This document shows, in pieces, positions 8,240 to 18,141 of a DNA stretch of 64,000 bases. Each line of letters begins with the position of its first letter. The stretch's first letter is position 1. The stretch comes from Dehalococcoidia bacterium (lineage in GTDB: Bacteria; Chloroflexota; Dehalococcoidia; Bin125). A program made the position numbers and the translations under genes. A model generated the notes under the pieces. It was not told where the DNA came from and made no database searches. It saw nothing but the letters and a program-made list of their open reading frames with translations. The stretch is taken from assembly GCA_963663235.2 (NCBI GenBank), contig CAXXNO010000008.1, positions 30,107-94,106 on the forward strand. The letters are read 5' to 3'.

Positions 8240-8938
8240 GTGGATTTCTTGTGGGACGGTATCCGTGAAGCCGTAAAGCTCTGGGCCCGCGGCGATAGCG
8301 AGATCATCGAGATCACGCTGCGCACGCTGGTCATCGCCGGCATCTCGACGCTGATCGCCCTCGCCATCGGCGTCCCCCTCGGTGCGGCGCTGGCGTTGAA
8401 GCGCTTCCGCGGCCGCAGCCCCATCGTGGCGCTAGTGCACACGGGCATGGGTGTGCCCCCGGTGGTGGTCGGGCTGGTGGTGGCGGTGCTGCTCTGGCGC
8501 AGCGGCCCTTTGGGCGGGCTGAACCTGATCTATTCCCCCAGCGCCATGGTCGTGGCCCAGTTCATCATCGCCGTGCCGCTCGTGACCGGGGTCTCCTTGG
8601 TCGCTGTCCAGTCGCTGAACCCCCGCCTGCTCGATCAGGTGGTTGCTCTCGGCGCCAACCGCGCACAACTCCTCTGGGTCATCGTCCGCGAGGCGCGACT
8701 CGGGTTGCTGGCCGCGCTGATGGCGGGCTTCGGCGCCGTGATCTCGGAGGTCGGCGCGTCGATGATGGTCGGCGGCAATATCGCCGGCGAGACCCGCGTC
8801 CTCACGACCGCTACGGTGCTTGAGACTAGTCGCGGCAACATCGAGGTGGCGCTGGCGCTCGGTTTGATGTTGTTGATCATGGCCTACGTCGTGAACTTGA
8901 TCTTCACCTCGGTCCAGCAGGAGCGTCGCTTCGCCTGA
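8240..8938 (+). CDS. tupB: tungstate ABC transporter permease
   Basis: Polytopic membrane protein with an ABC permease EAA-like loop (LGANRAQLLWVIVREARLGLL), located directly after tupA. GTG start with a GGAAGGGAA Shine-Dalgarno. Confidence 0.8.
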   Translation: MDFLWDGIREAVKLWARGDSEIIEITLRTLVIAGISTLIALAIGVPLGAALALKRFRGRSPIVALVHTGMGVPPVVVGLVVAVLLWRSGPLGGLNLIYSPSAMVVAQFIIAVPLVTGVSLVAVQSLNPRLLDQVVALGANRAQLLWVIVREARLGLLAALMAGFGAVISEVGASMMVGGNIAGETRVLTTATVLETSRGNIEVALALGLMLLIMAYVVNLIFTSVQQERRFA

Positions 8939-8957
8939 CACGACGACCCCCGCCAAG

Positions 8958-10112
8958 ATCGCCATCCGCGACTGCACGGTCGCGCGCGACGGCCGCACCG
9001 TCCTCCACGTCGATGCGCTGGATCTCCCCGCCGGCCGCGTCACCGCCCTCATCGGCCCCAACGGCGCGGGCAAGAGCACGCTCCTCGGCGTCTTGCAGCT
9101 CCTCGTCGAGCCCCTGCGCGGCGAGCTCCTCCTCGACGGCGCCCCCATGCGCCGCGATGTCCTGGCCACCCGCCGCCGCTTGGCCGCCGCCTTTCAGGAC
9201 CCCTTGCTGCTCACGGGCAGCGTGCTTCACAACGTGGAGGTCGGGCAGGGGTTCCGCCGCGTTCCCCGCGGCCTGCGACGCGAACGCGCCCTCCGCTGGC
9301 TCAATCGCTTCGGCGTCGGGCATCTGGCCCAGCGACACGCCCGCGGGCTGTCCGGCGGCGAGGCGCGCCGCGTCAGCCTGGCCCGCGCATTCGCTCTGGA
9401 GCCGGAGGTGCTCTTGCTGGATGAGCCCTTCTCGGCGCTCGATGCTCCCACCCGGACCGCCCTCATCGATGATTTCGCCGCCATCGTCCGCGGCCTTGGC
9501 GTGACCACCGTCCTTGTCACTCACGACCGCGATGAGGCGCTGCGCCTTGGCGACCAGATCGTCGTCCTGATCGACGGCACCGTCCGCCAGGTCGCCCCCC
9601 CCGCCGAGGTCTTCGGCGCCCCCGTGGACGAGGCCGTCGCCGCCGTTGTGGGCGTCGAGAACGTCTGGCCGGCTCGCCTCGCCGCTGTCCACGCCGCTGT
9701 CCACGACGCTGCCCACGACGACGGTGTCGCCGTCTACGACGTCGCCGGCCACCACGTCCAGGTGGCGGCGGAGCGCCCCCCGCCCGCCGCGCTCCTCTGC
9801 CTCCGCCCCGAGGAGATCACCCTCCTGGCCCCGGATGACCATCCGGCTGGCAGCGCCCGCAACCGTCTCCCGGTCACGGTCCGGGAGATCACACCCGCGG
9901 GAGGCGTCGTGCGCTTGCGTCTGGCTCTGGAGCGCGCTCCCGGCGCCCCCCAGGCTGCCGGCGCCACTGGCGCAACCGCCCCCACCATGGTCGCCACCAT
10001 CACCCGGCCCTCGCTGGAGGCCCTGGGCATCGACGTCGGCAGCCCCGTCGTGGCGATGTTCAAGGCCACCGCCGCCCATCTGATCCCGCAGGCGGCGGGG
10101 AGCGACGCCTGA
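8958..10112 (+). CDS. tupC: tungstate/molybdate ABC transporter ATP-binding protein with C-terminal TOBE-like domain
   Basis: Walker A GPNGAGKST, signature LSGGEARRVSLARA and Walker B LLLDEPFSALD are present, with a C-terminal beta-rich TOBE-like region. The 5' end is uncertain: there is no ATG, GTG or TTG between the in-frame stop at 8898 and the Walker A motif. 8958 is an ATC codon chosen as a placeholder. Confidence 0.8.
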   Translation: MAIRDCTVARDGRTVLHVDALDLPAGRVTALIGPNGAGKSTLLGVLQLLVEPLRGELLLDGAPMRRDVLATRRRLAAAFQDPLLLTGSVLHNVEVGQGFRRVPRGLRRERALRWLNRFGVGHLAQRHARGLSGGEARRVSLARAFALEPEVLLLDEPFSALDAPTRTALIDDFAAIVRGLGVTTVLVTHDRDEALRLGDQIVVLIDGTVRQVAPPAEVFGAPVDEAVAAVVGVENVWPARLAAVHAAVHDAAHDDGVAVYDVAGHHVQVAAERPPPAALLCLRPEEITLLAPDDHPAGSARNRLPVTVREITPAGGVVRLRLALERAPGAPQAAGATGATAPTMVATITRPSLEALGIDVGSPVVAMFKATAAHLIPQAAGSDA

Positions 10113-10180
10113 CTCAGCCGCCGAATACTTCCGGCAACGGCCATCCCCGCCGCACCGCCCCGCCGCTGTAGCCTGGTGCC

Positions 10181-10702
10181 GTGGCCACCTTGCAGCGGCT
10201 GCCCGTGCGCGAGTTCCTCTTCCGCGTCCGCGACCAGGCGCAGGCGTCGCTCGATGGCCGCGCCGACCGCGCCTCCGCCCGCGTCGTCTTCTCCAGCCTC
10301 CAGTTCCACTTCGGCGACCCGCGCCTCCACTACGAGGTCTGGCCCGTGCGCAAGACCGGCCGCATCGAGGTCGGACTCCACATCGAAGGCCCTCGCGATT
10401 GGAGCCGCGCCGTCGCTACGCGCTTGGCCGCCCGCGCTGACGATATCCGCCGCGCCCTGGGGCCTGCCTACGAGCTGGAAGAGTGGACCGCGGCTTGGTG
10501 CCGCCTGCACGAGACCGTGCCCTACGACAGATTGACCGACGATCTCGTCTCCGATGTCGCCGCCCGCTTGGTCGCGCTCGTCGATGCCGTCCAGCCCATC
10601 CTCGGCTCGCTCTCCCTCACCGATCTGGACGGCCTCGGCGCTCCCGCCTCGGGACCGCGAAAGCGCGGCGGCCGCCGCTGGCGCCGCCGCCGCTCTGCCT
10701 GA
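10181..10702 (+). CDS. hypothetical protein with an Arg-rich C-terminal tail
   Basis: Open frame with plausible codon usage. I recognise no family. It ends RKRGGRRWRRRRSA. Confidence 0.45.
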   Translation: MATLQRLPVREFLFRVRDQAQASLDGRADRASARVVFSSLQFHFGDPRLHYEVWPVRKTGRIEVGLHIEGPRDWSRAVATRLAARADDIRRALGPAYELEEWTAAWCRLHETVPYDRLTDDLVSDVAARLVALVDAVQPILGSLSLTDLDGLGAPASGPRKRGGRRWRRRRSA

Positions 10703-10754
10703 CGTCCTGCCAGCAAACGAACAAAGCAAACGAACGAAGCAAACCAACAAAGTG

Positions 10755-10783
10755 AACGGGCCTCCCTGGGGGGAGGCCCGTTT
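10755..10783. terminator. bidirectional intrinsic terminator between the convergent hypothetical gene and groEL
   Basis: aacgggcctccc-tggg-gggaggcccgtt forms a 12-bp perfect stem. On the minus strand it is followed by a T-rich tract (ttcactttgttggtttgcttcgttcgttt). Confidence 0.65.
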
Positions 10784-10851
10784 CGTGCATCTCGGCTCGC
10801 GCTCGGCCGCTGATCGGCCCGCTTAGGATATCCCGTCTAGGACATCCCCCC

Positions 10852-12699
<1,848 letters not shown>

Positions 12700-13692
12700 C
12701 TATCGGGCCGGCTCGGACGCCGCTTCCCTTTCCTCCGCCGCGGTCGGCGGCTCCTCCTCCTGCGCGGGCGCGCTGTACCAGCGGGGATCTTGCTCCCGCG
12801 CGCTGCGCAGGAAGGTGCCGACCCGCTCCCGGATGCCGGCCGGGCCGCCAATCTGGCTCCGCACCACCTGATAGAGCTCTTCACGGTCCGGCGGCAGCGA
12901 GATGCCCGTGCCGCGGTGGATCCGGGCGCCGTCGTCGGTGTCCAGCCCGCACCACAGTCCCAACTGGTGGCAGAAGGCGTTCGCCAGAGCGACAACGAAA
13001 CTGAGTCCGTTCTGCTCATCCAGCCGGTCGAGGTCTTCGTGCTCGCCGATGGCCAGGCACAACTCCTCTGGGAAGTTCCAGCGCTCAGCCAGGAGCGCGC
13101 CCACCTCCGCGTGGTCGTAGCCCAACCGCTCTTGCTCGGCCTGCCGCAGCGGGATCCGCTCGCCCAGGGCGTGCCAGACCGCCTCGCCGAAAAGATCGGT
13201 CCGGTACTGCGTCAACACCAACCGTCCGATGTCGTGCAGGACCCCGGCGGTGAACGCCTCTTCGGGTTTGGCGTACCCCGTCTCTTTGGCCAGCACCTCG
13301 GCCATGACCCCGGCGGCCACGCTGTGCCCCCAGAACAGGTCGACGCTGAACGGGCCTGTCTCCACGCCGGGAAAGAGGTCCATGATCGAGGTGGCGATCG
13401 CAGTGGCCCGCACCTCGCGAAAGCCGAGCAGGATCACCGCGTCCCGCACCGTGGTGATCCTGCGGGCGTAGCCGTAGAACGCCGAGTTCCCCAGCCGCCG
13501 CAGCTTGGCCGTCAGGGCGGCGTCGGTCGCCAGCACGCCGGCGAGGTCGTTGGCCGAGAAGCGGTCGCCGTCGGTGACCTGGATCACCCGCCGGGCGACG
13601 CCGGGCAGCGGTGCCAGGGCGTCCACTTCCTCGATGAGCTCGTGATCGCCTCCTGCGTTGGCGGGGCCATGGGGTCGCGTGCCTCCTTGCAC
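12700..13692 (-). CDS. HDOD domain signalling protein
   Basis: LPGVARRVIQVTDGDRFSANDLAGVLATDAALTAKLRRLGNSAFYG...VLHDIGRLVL...GYDHAEVGALLAERWNFPEEL matches the HDOD pattern. GTG start. Confidence 0.8.
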   Translation of the reverse strand: MQGGTRPHGPANAGGDHELIEEVDALAPLPGVARRVIQVTDGDRFSANDLAGVLATDAALTAKLRRLGNSAFYGYARRITTVRDAVILLGFREVRATAIATSIMDLFPGVETGPFSVDLFWGHSVAAGVMAEVLAKETGYAKPEEAFTAGVLHDIGRLVLTQYRTDLFGEAVWHALGERIPLRQAEQERLGYDHAEVGALLAERWNFPEELCLAIGEHEDLDRLDEQNGLSFVVALANAFCHQLGLWCGLDTDDGARIHRGTGISLPPDREELYQVVRSQIGGPAGIRERVGTFLRSAREQDPRWYSAPAQEEEPPTAAEEREAASEPAR

Positions 13693-13760
13693 AGGACGGT
13701 GCCGCCGGCGGGCGCGATATCGCTAGTCCTGTCAGATCATCGACACCCCGGCCTGGCCCC

Positions 13761-14222
13761 TCACCCCGTCCCCCCCATCCCGCTGCCTCGCTGCGCCCTT
13801 CCCAGGAGCAGCCCGGCCCGCCATGGCGGCCAGTAGCGCAGCCAGGCCACCCCCAGCAGGTGCCGCCGCGCCAGCGACCCAAATTCCCGGCTATCGCTGC
13901 TCCCCTCCGGGTTGTCGCCCAGCAGGATCAGCCCCCCGCCACCGTGATCGACGGCGGCCACCCGCTTGATCACCGTTAGCCCGGGCCGGTCCGGCCGTCG
14001 CGCTACCACGATCCAGCCCGGTCGCGGGCGGCAGAGGCGCTGGGGGAGGGCGGTCGCCAGCACGTAGTCACCGGGCTCCAGCGTCGGCGTCATGCTCTGC
14101 CCCTGGACCTCGAACCGGGTGGATCGACGCAGGATCAGCACCGCCACCACCCCCAGGCCCGCGACGGCCGCCCAGCGCGGCGCCGTCAAGCAGTTTGCGG
14201 ACATGTTCTGGGAATCCAACAA
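13761..14222 (-). CDS. short S26-family signal-peptidase-like serine protease
   Basis: One TM segment is followed by VQGQSMTPTLEPGDYV (catalytic Ser box), VIKRV and GDNPEGSSDSREFG. The size of about 150 aa resembles SodX-type or short S26 proteases. Confidence 0.7.
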   Translation of the reverse strand: MLDSQNMSANCLTAPRWAAVAGLGVVAVLILRRSTRFEVQGQSMTPTLEPGDYVLATALPQRLCRPRPGWIVVARRPDRPGLTVIKRVAAVDHGGGGLILLGDNPEGSSDSREFGSLARRHLLGVAWLRYWPPWRAGLLLGRAQRGSGMGGTG

Positions 14223-14285
14223 GTAGCCGACGCGGTGCCATGCGCCCGCCGACTGGCCACCGGCGGCGGGCGCATGGCCTCGACG

Positions 14286-14594
14286 CTAGTGCGGGTGGTC
14301 GTGACCGTGTTCGCCGCCGCCCCAGCCGCCCCCCATGTCGTCCTCGCCCATGCCGCCGCCGTCCCAGCCGCCCCCCATGTCGTCCTCGCCCATGCCGCCG
14401 CCCATGTCGCCGAACGAAAAATCGTCCCCGCTGCTGCCTCCGCCGCCCGGCGCTCGGATCGCGCTGGCGGAGAACAGCCGCTTCGCGGGCGCGCTGTCTT
14501 TGGGGCAGGTGGCGGGCTCGCCGGCCCCATCGCGGCTTCGGATGAGGTCAAAGACCTCTTTACACTGCGTGCAGCGAAACTCGTATACGGGCAT
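14286..14594 (-). CDS. FmdB/CxxC zinc-ribbon-like small protein with Gly/Asp/Met repeat tail and His-rich C-terminus
   Basis: MPVYEFRCTQCKEVFDL is an FmdB-type N-terminus. The second CxxC is degenerate (ATCPKD). The tail has GGMGEDDMGGGW twice and ends EHGHDHPH. Confidence 0.6.
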   Translation of the reverse strand: MPVYEFRCTQCKEVFDLIRSRDGAGEPATCPKDSAPAKRLFSASAIRAPGGGGSSGDDFSFGDMGGGMGEDDMGGGWDGGGMGEDDMGGGWGGGEHGHDHPH

Positions 14595-14661
14595 TCGTCC
14601 CTCTCCGGCATTCCCGCTGTCTCGAGCCCCCGATGTCTCGAGTCGTCCTCGCGGTCGTTGC

Positions 14662-15327
14662 CTAGGATAGCCGCTCTTGTCGGAAGTGGTGCATGGCGTA
14701 CGCCACCCCCGCCGCGATGTCGAAGCCGCCCTCCTCCTGCTCCAGCTCGTTGGACACGCCCTGGCTCTCGCCCAGCCGCAGCGTGTGGCCGCGCAGCCGG
14801 TAGCGCAGGCCGTGCGTGGTGACCCCCGTTACCGTCTCGCTGATCGGGATCAGCGAGACGTAGTCCCCCACGGCCCCGCGAAACCGCACCGAGCGCAACC
14901 CCTCGCTCTGCAGCGCTACGGCCTCGCTCCAGTCGCTGATCGCGGTGACGCGCAGGTCTCGGAACGCCGGCGCCAGCGGATACAGCAAGTTCGCCAGTCC
15001 GTGGTCCAGGCGGCCGCTTCCGCGCACCCCGGCCAGGATCACCTCGCGGGCGCCCCGCTGCTGCGCCAGCAGCAGCGCGACGTGCCCGTCGGTCTTTTGC
15101 TCCCGCTCGGGGTGCGCTTCCACCTCGACGCCTGCCGCCCGCAGCCGCTCCACCGTTTCGACGCCCAGCGAGTCGAAGTCCCCGATCACCACCTGCGGGC
15201 TCACGCCCAGCGCCGCGAGCCGCTCCGCCCCCCCGTCCGCCGCGATGACCAGATCTGCCTCGCGCAGGTGCCGGCGCAACAGCGCCGTGTCCTCTACCTC
15301 ACCCGCCAGCACCACGACGGCCTTCAT
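14662..15327 (-). CDS. thiamine pyrophosphokinase
   Basis: ADLVIAADGGAERL...VVIGDFDSL...EQKTDGHVAL...SGRLDHGLANL, with a C-terminal thiamine-binding beta domain. Confidence 0.8.
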   Translation of the reverse strand: MKAVVVLAGEVEDTALLRRHLREADLVIAADGGAERLAALGVSPQVVIGDFDSLGVETVERLRAAGVEVEAHPEREQKTDGHVALLLAQQRGAREVILAGVRGSGRLDHGLANLLYPLAPAFRDLRVTAISDWSEAVALQSEGLRSVRFRGAVGDYVSLIPISETVTGVTTHGLRYRLRGHTLRLGESQGVSNELEQEEGGFDIAAGVAYAMHHFRQERLS

Positions 15328-15382
15328 CGCTCCTGCTGTCCCGCGCTGACCTCCCAGCCCCTTAGCGCCGCCCTTAACGCCA

Positions 15383-15412
15383 AACGGGGCGCCTCGGCCG
15401 AGACGCCCCGTT
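15383..15412 (-). terminator. terminator-like hairpin after the thiolase gene
   Basis: aacggggcg-N12-cgccccgtt forms a 9-bp perfect stem 22 nt past the stop at 15434. The U-tract is weak. Confidence 0.4.
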
Positions 15413-15433
15413 CGTTGGCTCTGTTCTCAAACC

Positions 15434-16585
15434 CTACTTGGTCAGGATGTGGACCGCGCAGGCGCTGCCCAGTCCGATGGTGTGCGCCATCCCCACCTTG
15501 TGGTTTGGCACCTGCCGCCCACCCGCCTGCCCGCGCAGCTGCCAGGTGATCTCGCAGATGTTGGCCACCCCGGTCGCGCCGATCGGGTGCCCCTTGGAGA
15601 GCAGGCCGCCGCTGGTGTTCACGGGCGTCCAGCGCGGGTCGCCCTGGGGGCCGTTGAGGTCGGTCAGCTTCTCGTCCACCCAGCGGCCGGCTTCCCCTTC
15701 GGGCGCCAGCTGCAGGTTCTCGTAGTGCAGGACCTCCGCTGTGGCGAAGCAGTCGTGCAGCTCCACGCTGCTCACGTCCTCCGGCCCCAGCCCCGCCTGC
15801 TCGTAGGCCTCTTTGGCCGCGTTCACTGTCATCGTGTTCACGTCCGGGAAGGTCAGCACGCGGTCCGTGTACGGGTCCGTCGTCAGCGCCGACGCCGCGA
15901 TCCGGATCGGCATCGTTGTGTACTTCGCCGCCTTCTCCTTCGACATGATGATCGCCGCTGCGGCCCCGTCGCCTGTCGGGCAGCACATGTAGAGCGTGTT
16001 CGGGTAGGCCACCATGCGGCCGTTGAGCACGTCCTCCAGGCTCACTTGCACTTGATACTGGCTCAACGGGTTCGCCATCGCGTGCTCGTGGTTCTTCACC
16101 GACACCTGCGCGAACTGCTCGATCGTTGTGCCGTACTTGCGCGAGTGCTCCAGCCCCGCCATGCCGAACACCCCCGGCATCGTCCCTGTGCCCATCACCC
16201 CCTCGGGCGAGTAGGCCGGGTCGCCGGCGATCCCGCCCAGCAGCCCCTGCTTCCCCATCTGCTCCACTCCCACCGCCAGCGCGATGTCGTACGCGCCGGA
16301 CCCCACCGCAAAGTACGCTTCGCGGAACGCCGTCGATCCCGTGGCGCAGGCGTTCGCGACGTTGTAGACCGGGATCCCGGTCATCCCCACTTCTTTGAGG
16401 ATCTTCTGCCCGATCATGTTCGTCTGGTACAGGCTGCCGGCCGCCATCATCTGGATGTCCGGCATCTGCACGCTGGCGTCTTGCAGCGCGAGCTGCACCG
16501 CCTGCGCCCCCAGCGTGGCCACGTTCTCCTCTGGGTAGCGCCCGAACTTGATCATGCCTACGCCCACTACGTATGCGTCTTGCAT
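15434..16585 (-). CDS. thiolase-like (SCP-x / archaeal-type acetyl-CoA C-acyltransferase) protein
   Basis: VVGVGMIKFGRY...NVANACATGSTAFREA contains the active-site Cys, followed by CFATAEV...GGLLSKGHPIGATG. Confidence 0.85.
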   Translation of the reverse strand: MQDAYVVGVGMIKFGRYPEENVATLGAQAVQLALQDASVQMPDIQMMAAGSLYQTNMIGQKILKEVGMTGIPVYNVANACATGSTAFREAYFAVGSGAYDIALAVGVEQMGKQGLLGGIAGDPAYSPEGVMGTGTMPGVFGMAGLEHSRKYGTTIEQFAQVSVKNHEHAMANPLSQYQVQVSLEDVLNGRMVAYPNTLYMCCPTGDGAAAAIIMSKEKAAKYTTMPIRIAASALTTDPYTDRVLTFPDVNTMTVNAAKEAYEQAGLGPEDVSSVELHDCFATAEVLHYENLQLAPEGEAGRWVDEKLTDLNGPQGDPRWTPVNTSGGLLSKGHPIGATGVANICEITWQLRGQAGGRQVPNHKVGMAHTIGLGSACAVHILTK

Positions 16586-16686
16586 CTCGCCTGCTCCTTT
16601 GCTCTCCGCGGGCCAACTGCCGCCGGCCCGGCTCTCCGGTGGCCGGACGCGCCCGGTCTCCCGGACCCGCCCAGTCTAGCACCCGC

Positions 16687-17163
16687 CTACGCGGGCTCGT
16701 ACTCGAAGACCACCACCTCGTTGCCCTCGCCGTCTTTATGCGCGATGGCCGCCTTGGCCCGCACTTTCATCCCCATCTTGACGTGCTTCGGGTCCGGCTC
16801 CACCCCCACCACGTTGGCCCGAACCGCCACCTTGCGATCCGCCTGCCCTTCCACGGGCACGTCGATGATCGCGCCCACGAACGGCGTCGTGATCCCCGGC
16901 CACGACTGGTGCACGATCGTGTAGATCCAGATCTCGCCCTCGGGGCTCAGCCGCACCGGCGTGAACTGCTCTGCGTCGTGCCCCTGGCACGCCGGACACG
17001 CCCGGCGCGTGCGCACGTAGAGCTGCACGATCTTGCAACTCTTGCACTGCATCCCCTCCAGGTACGCCCCCTCTAGGCTGTCCGCGTTCGGCAGCTTGAT
17101 GTACTCCGTCATGGGCCGCAGCCCCGGCTTCGTTTCCGCCGCCTCTTTGGTCTTGGTCGCCAT
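16687..17163 (-). CDS. DUF35 Zn-ribbon/OB-fold protein (thiolase partner)
   Basis: CKSCKIV...CPACQG zinc ribbon followed by an OB-fold. This is the canonical gene pairing with SCP-x-type thiolases. Confidence 0.8.
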   Translation of the reverse strand: MATKTKEAAETKPGLRPMTEYIKLPNADSLEGAYLEGMQCKSCKIVQLYVRTRRACPACQGHDAEQFTPVRLSPEGEIWIYTIVHQSWPGITTPFVGAIIDVPVEGQADRKVAVRANVVGVEPDPKHVKMGMKVRAKAAIAHKDGEGNEVVVFEYEPA

Positions 17164-17310
17164 AATCCCCCTCCACGGCCGGGTGGCCCCAGCGCCCGCC
17201 CATTATCGTGACCCAGCGATCCCCGTCAAGCGCCTGCCTCGACCGCGCTGCCGTCGATCCCAGTGTATCGGCCCCAGTGTATCGATCTTGGCCCGGCCGC
17301 TGTGGCGGCA

Positions 17311-17535
17311 CGCCGTTCGGCCCCGCCTTCCCCCCCTACCCCGACCGGTACTTCGCGCTGCCCCGTTCGTCCTGACCTGTGGTGAGCCTGTCGAACCAGC
17401 CTGTCGAAGGATGAACGGGGCGCCGTTCCGCCCGCCTTCCCCTGACCTGTGGTGAGCCTGTCGAACCAGCCTGTCGAAGGATGAACGGGGCGCCGTTCCG
17501 CCCGCCTTCCCCTACCCCGACCGATACCGCGCCTT
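17311..17535. repeat. REP array with two identical 70-nt units, flanked by two copies of the DinB-family gene's stop-codon region
   Basis: Units 17371-17440 and 17441-17510 are identical (cctgacctgtggtgagcctgtcgaaccagcctgtcgaaggatgaacggggcgccgttccgcccgccttcc). The gene end ctaccccgaccgataccgcgcc (17511-17532) is repeated as ctaccccgaccggtacttcgcgc (17336-17358). Confidence 0.9.
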
Positions 17536-18039
17536 CTGCGACGGCTGCAGCGCCTCCACGTCCTCGAACGCCCGATCGTAGATCTGCGGCGGCTCCCACC
17601 TGTTCAGCCCCGCGTACGTGTCGATCTGGCTGCGGTGGTGTACGTCGTGCTCCACCATCATCATCAGCAGCCGCCAGGCCGTGACCGTGCCCTCCGTGTC
17701 GATCAAGTCGATCTTGCGACGCAGCCATTCATCGGGGCTGCCCTCCAGCGCCGCCACCACCAGGTCCCCGCTCTCCTCCAGCGCCGGCAGCCACCGCTCC
17801 TGGCTGCTCACGTCCGGCGCCTCCGGGAAGATCCACCCCTCACCCCGGTACGCGCTCACGAAGTACCCCCGCGACTGCGCCATGTGCGCCACGATGCGGT
17901 TCACGCTCCACCCCTGCTCCCCCTCCCCCACCGCCGGCGCCCACCCCTCCGCCTCCGGCGGCAGCGCCCCCACGTCCCGCATCGCCCGACGGTTGATCGA
18001 CCCGAAGTACCGCAGAAAATCCCCCATGCTCGTCAGCAT
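17512..18039 (-). CDS. DinB-family (DinB_2 / YfiT-like) metal-dependent protein
   Basis: Four-helix-bundle pattern with His residues: RIVAHMAQSRGYF ... MMMVEHDVHHRSQIDTY. Confidence 0.75.
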   Translation of the reverse strand: MLTSMGDFLRYFGSINRRAMRDVGALPPEAEGWAPAVGEGEQGWSVNRIVAHMAQSRGYFVSAYRGEGWIFPEAPDVSSQERWLPALEESGDLVVAALEGSPDEWLRRKIDLIDTEGTVTAWRLLMMMVEHDVHHRSQIDTYAGLNRWEPPQIYDRAFEDVEALQPSQKARYRSG

Positions 18040-18141
18040 CTCCGGCTCCCTCCCGCGCCGCAGCGCTGCGGGCAGTCTACCCGCTCCCGTCCGGCCGCTG
18101 GCCTGGGCAGCATCCCTCGTTCCACCGCCCGCACCCGCCCC

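Noticed and set aside
13761-14222. Calling the short S26 protease sodX (Ni-SOD maturation protease).
   Set aside because: No sodN-like gene (mature N-terminus HCDLPCGVY) is detectable in the window. Size alone is insufficient.
15434-17163. Interpreting the thiolase plus DUF35 pair as an archaeal-type mevalonate-pathway complex.
   Set aside because: The third partner, HMG-CoA synthase, is not adjacent. The pair is widespread in bacterial lipid and steroid catabolism, so no pathway claim is made.
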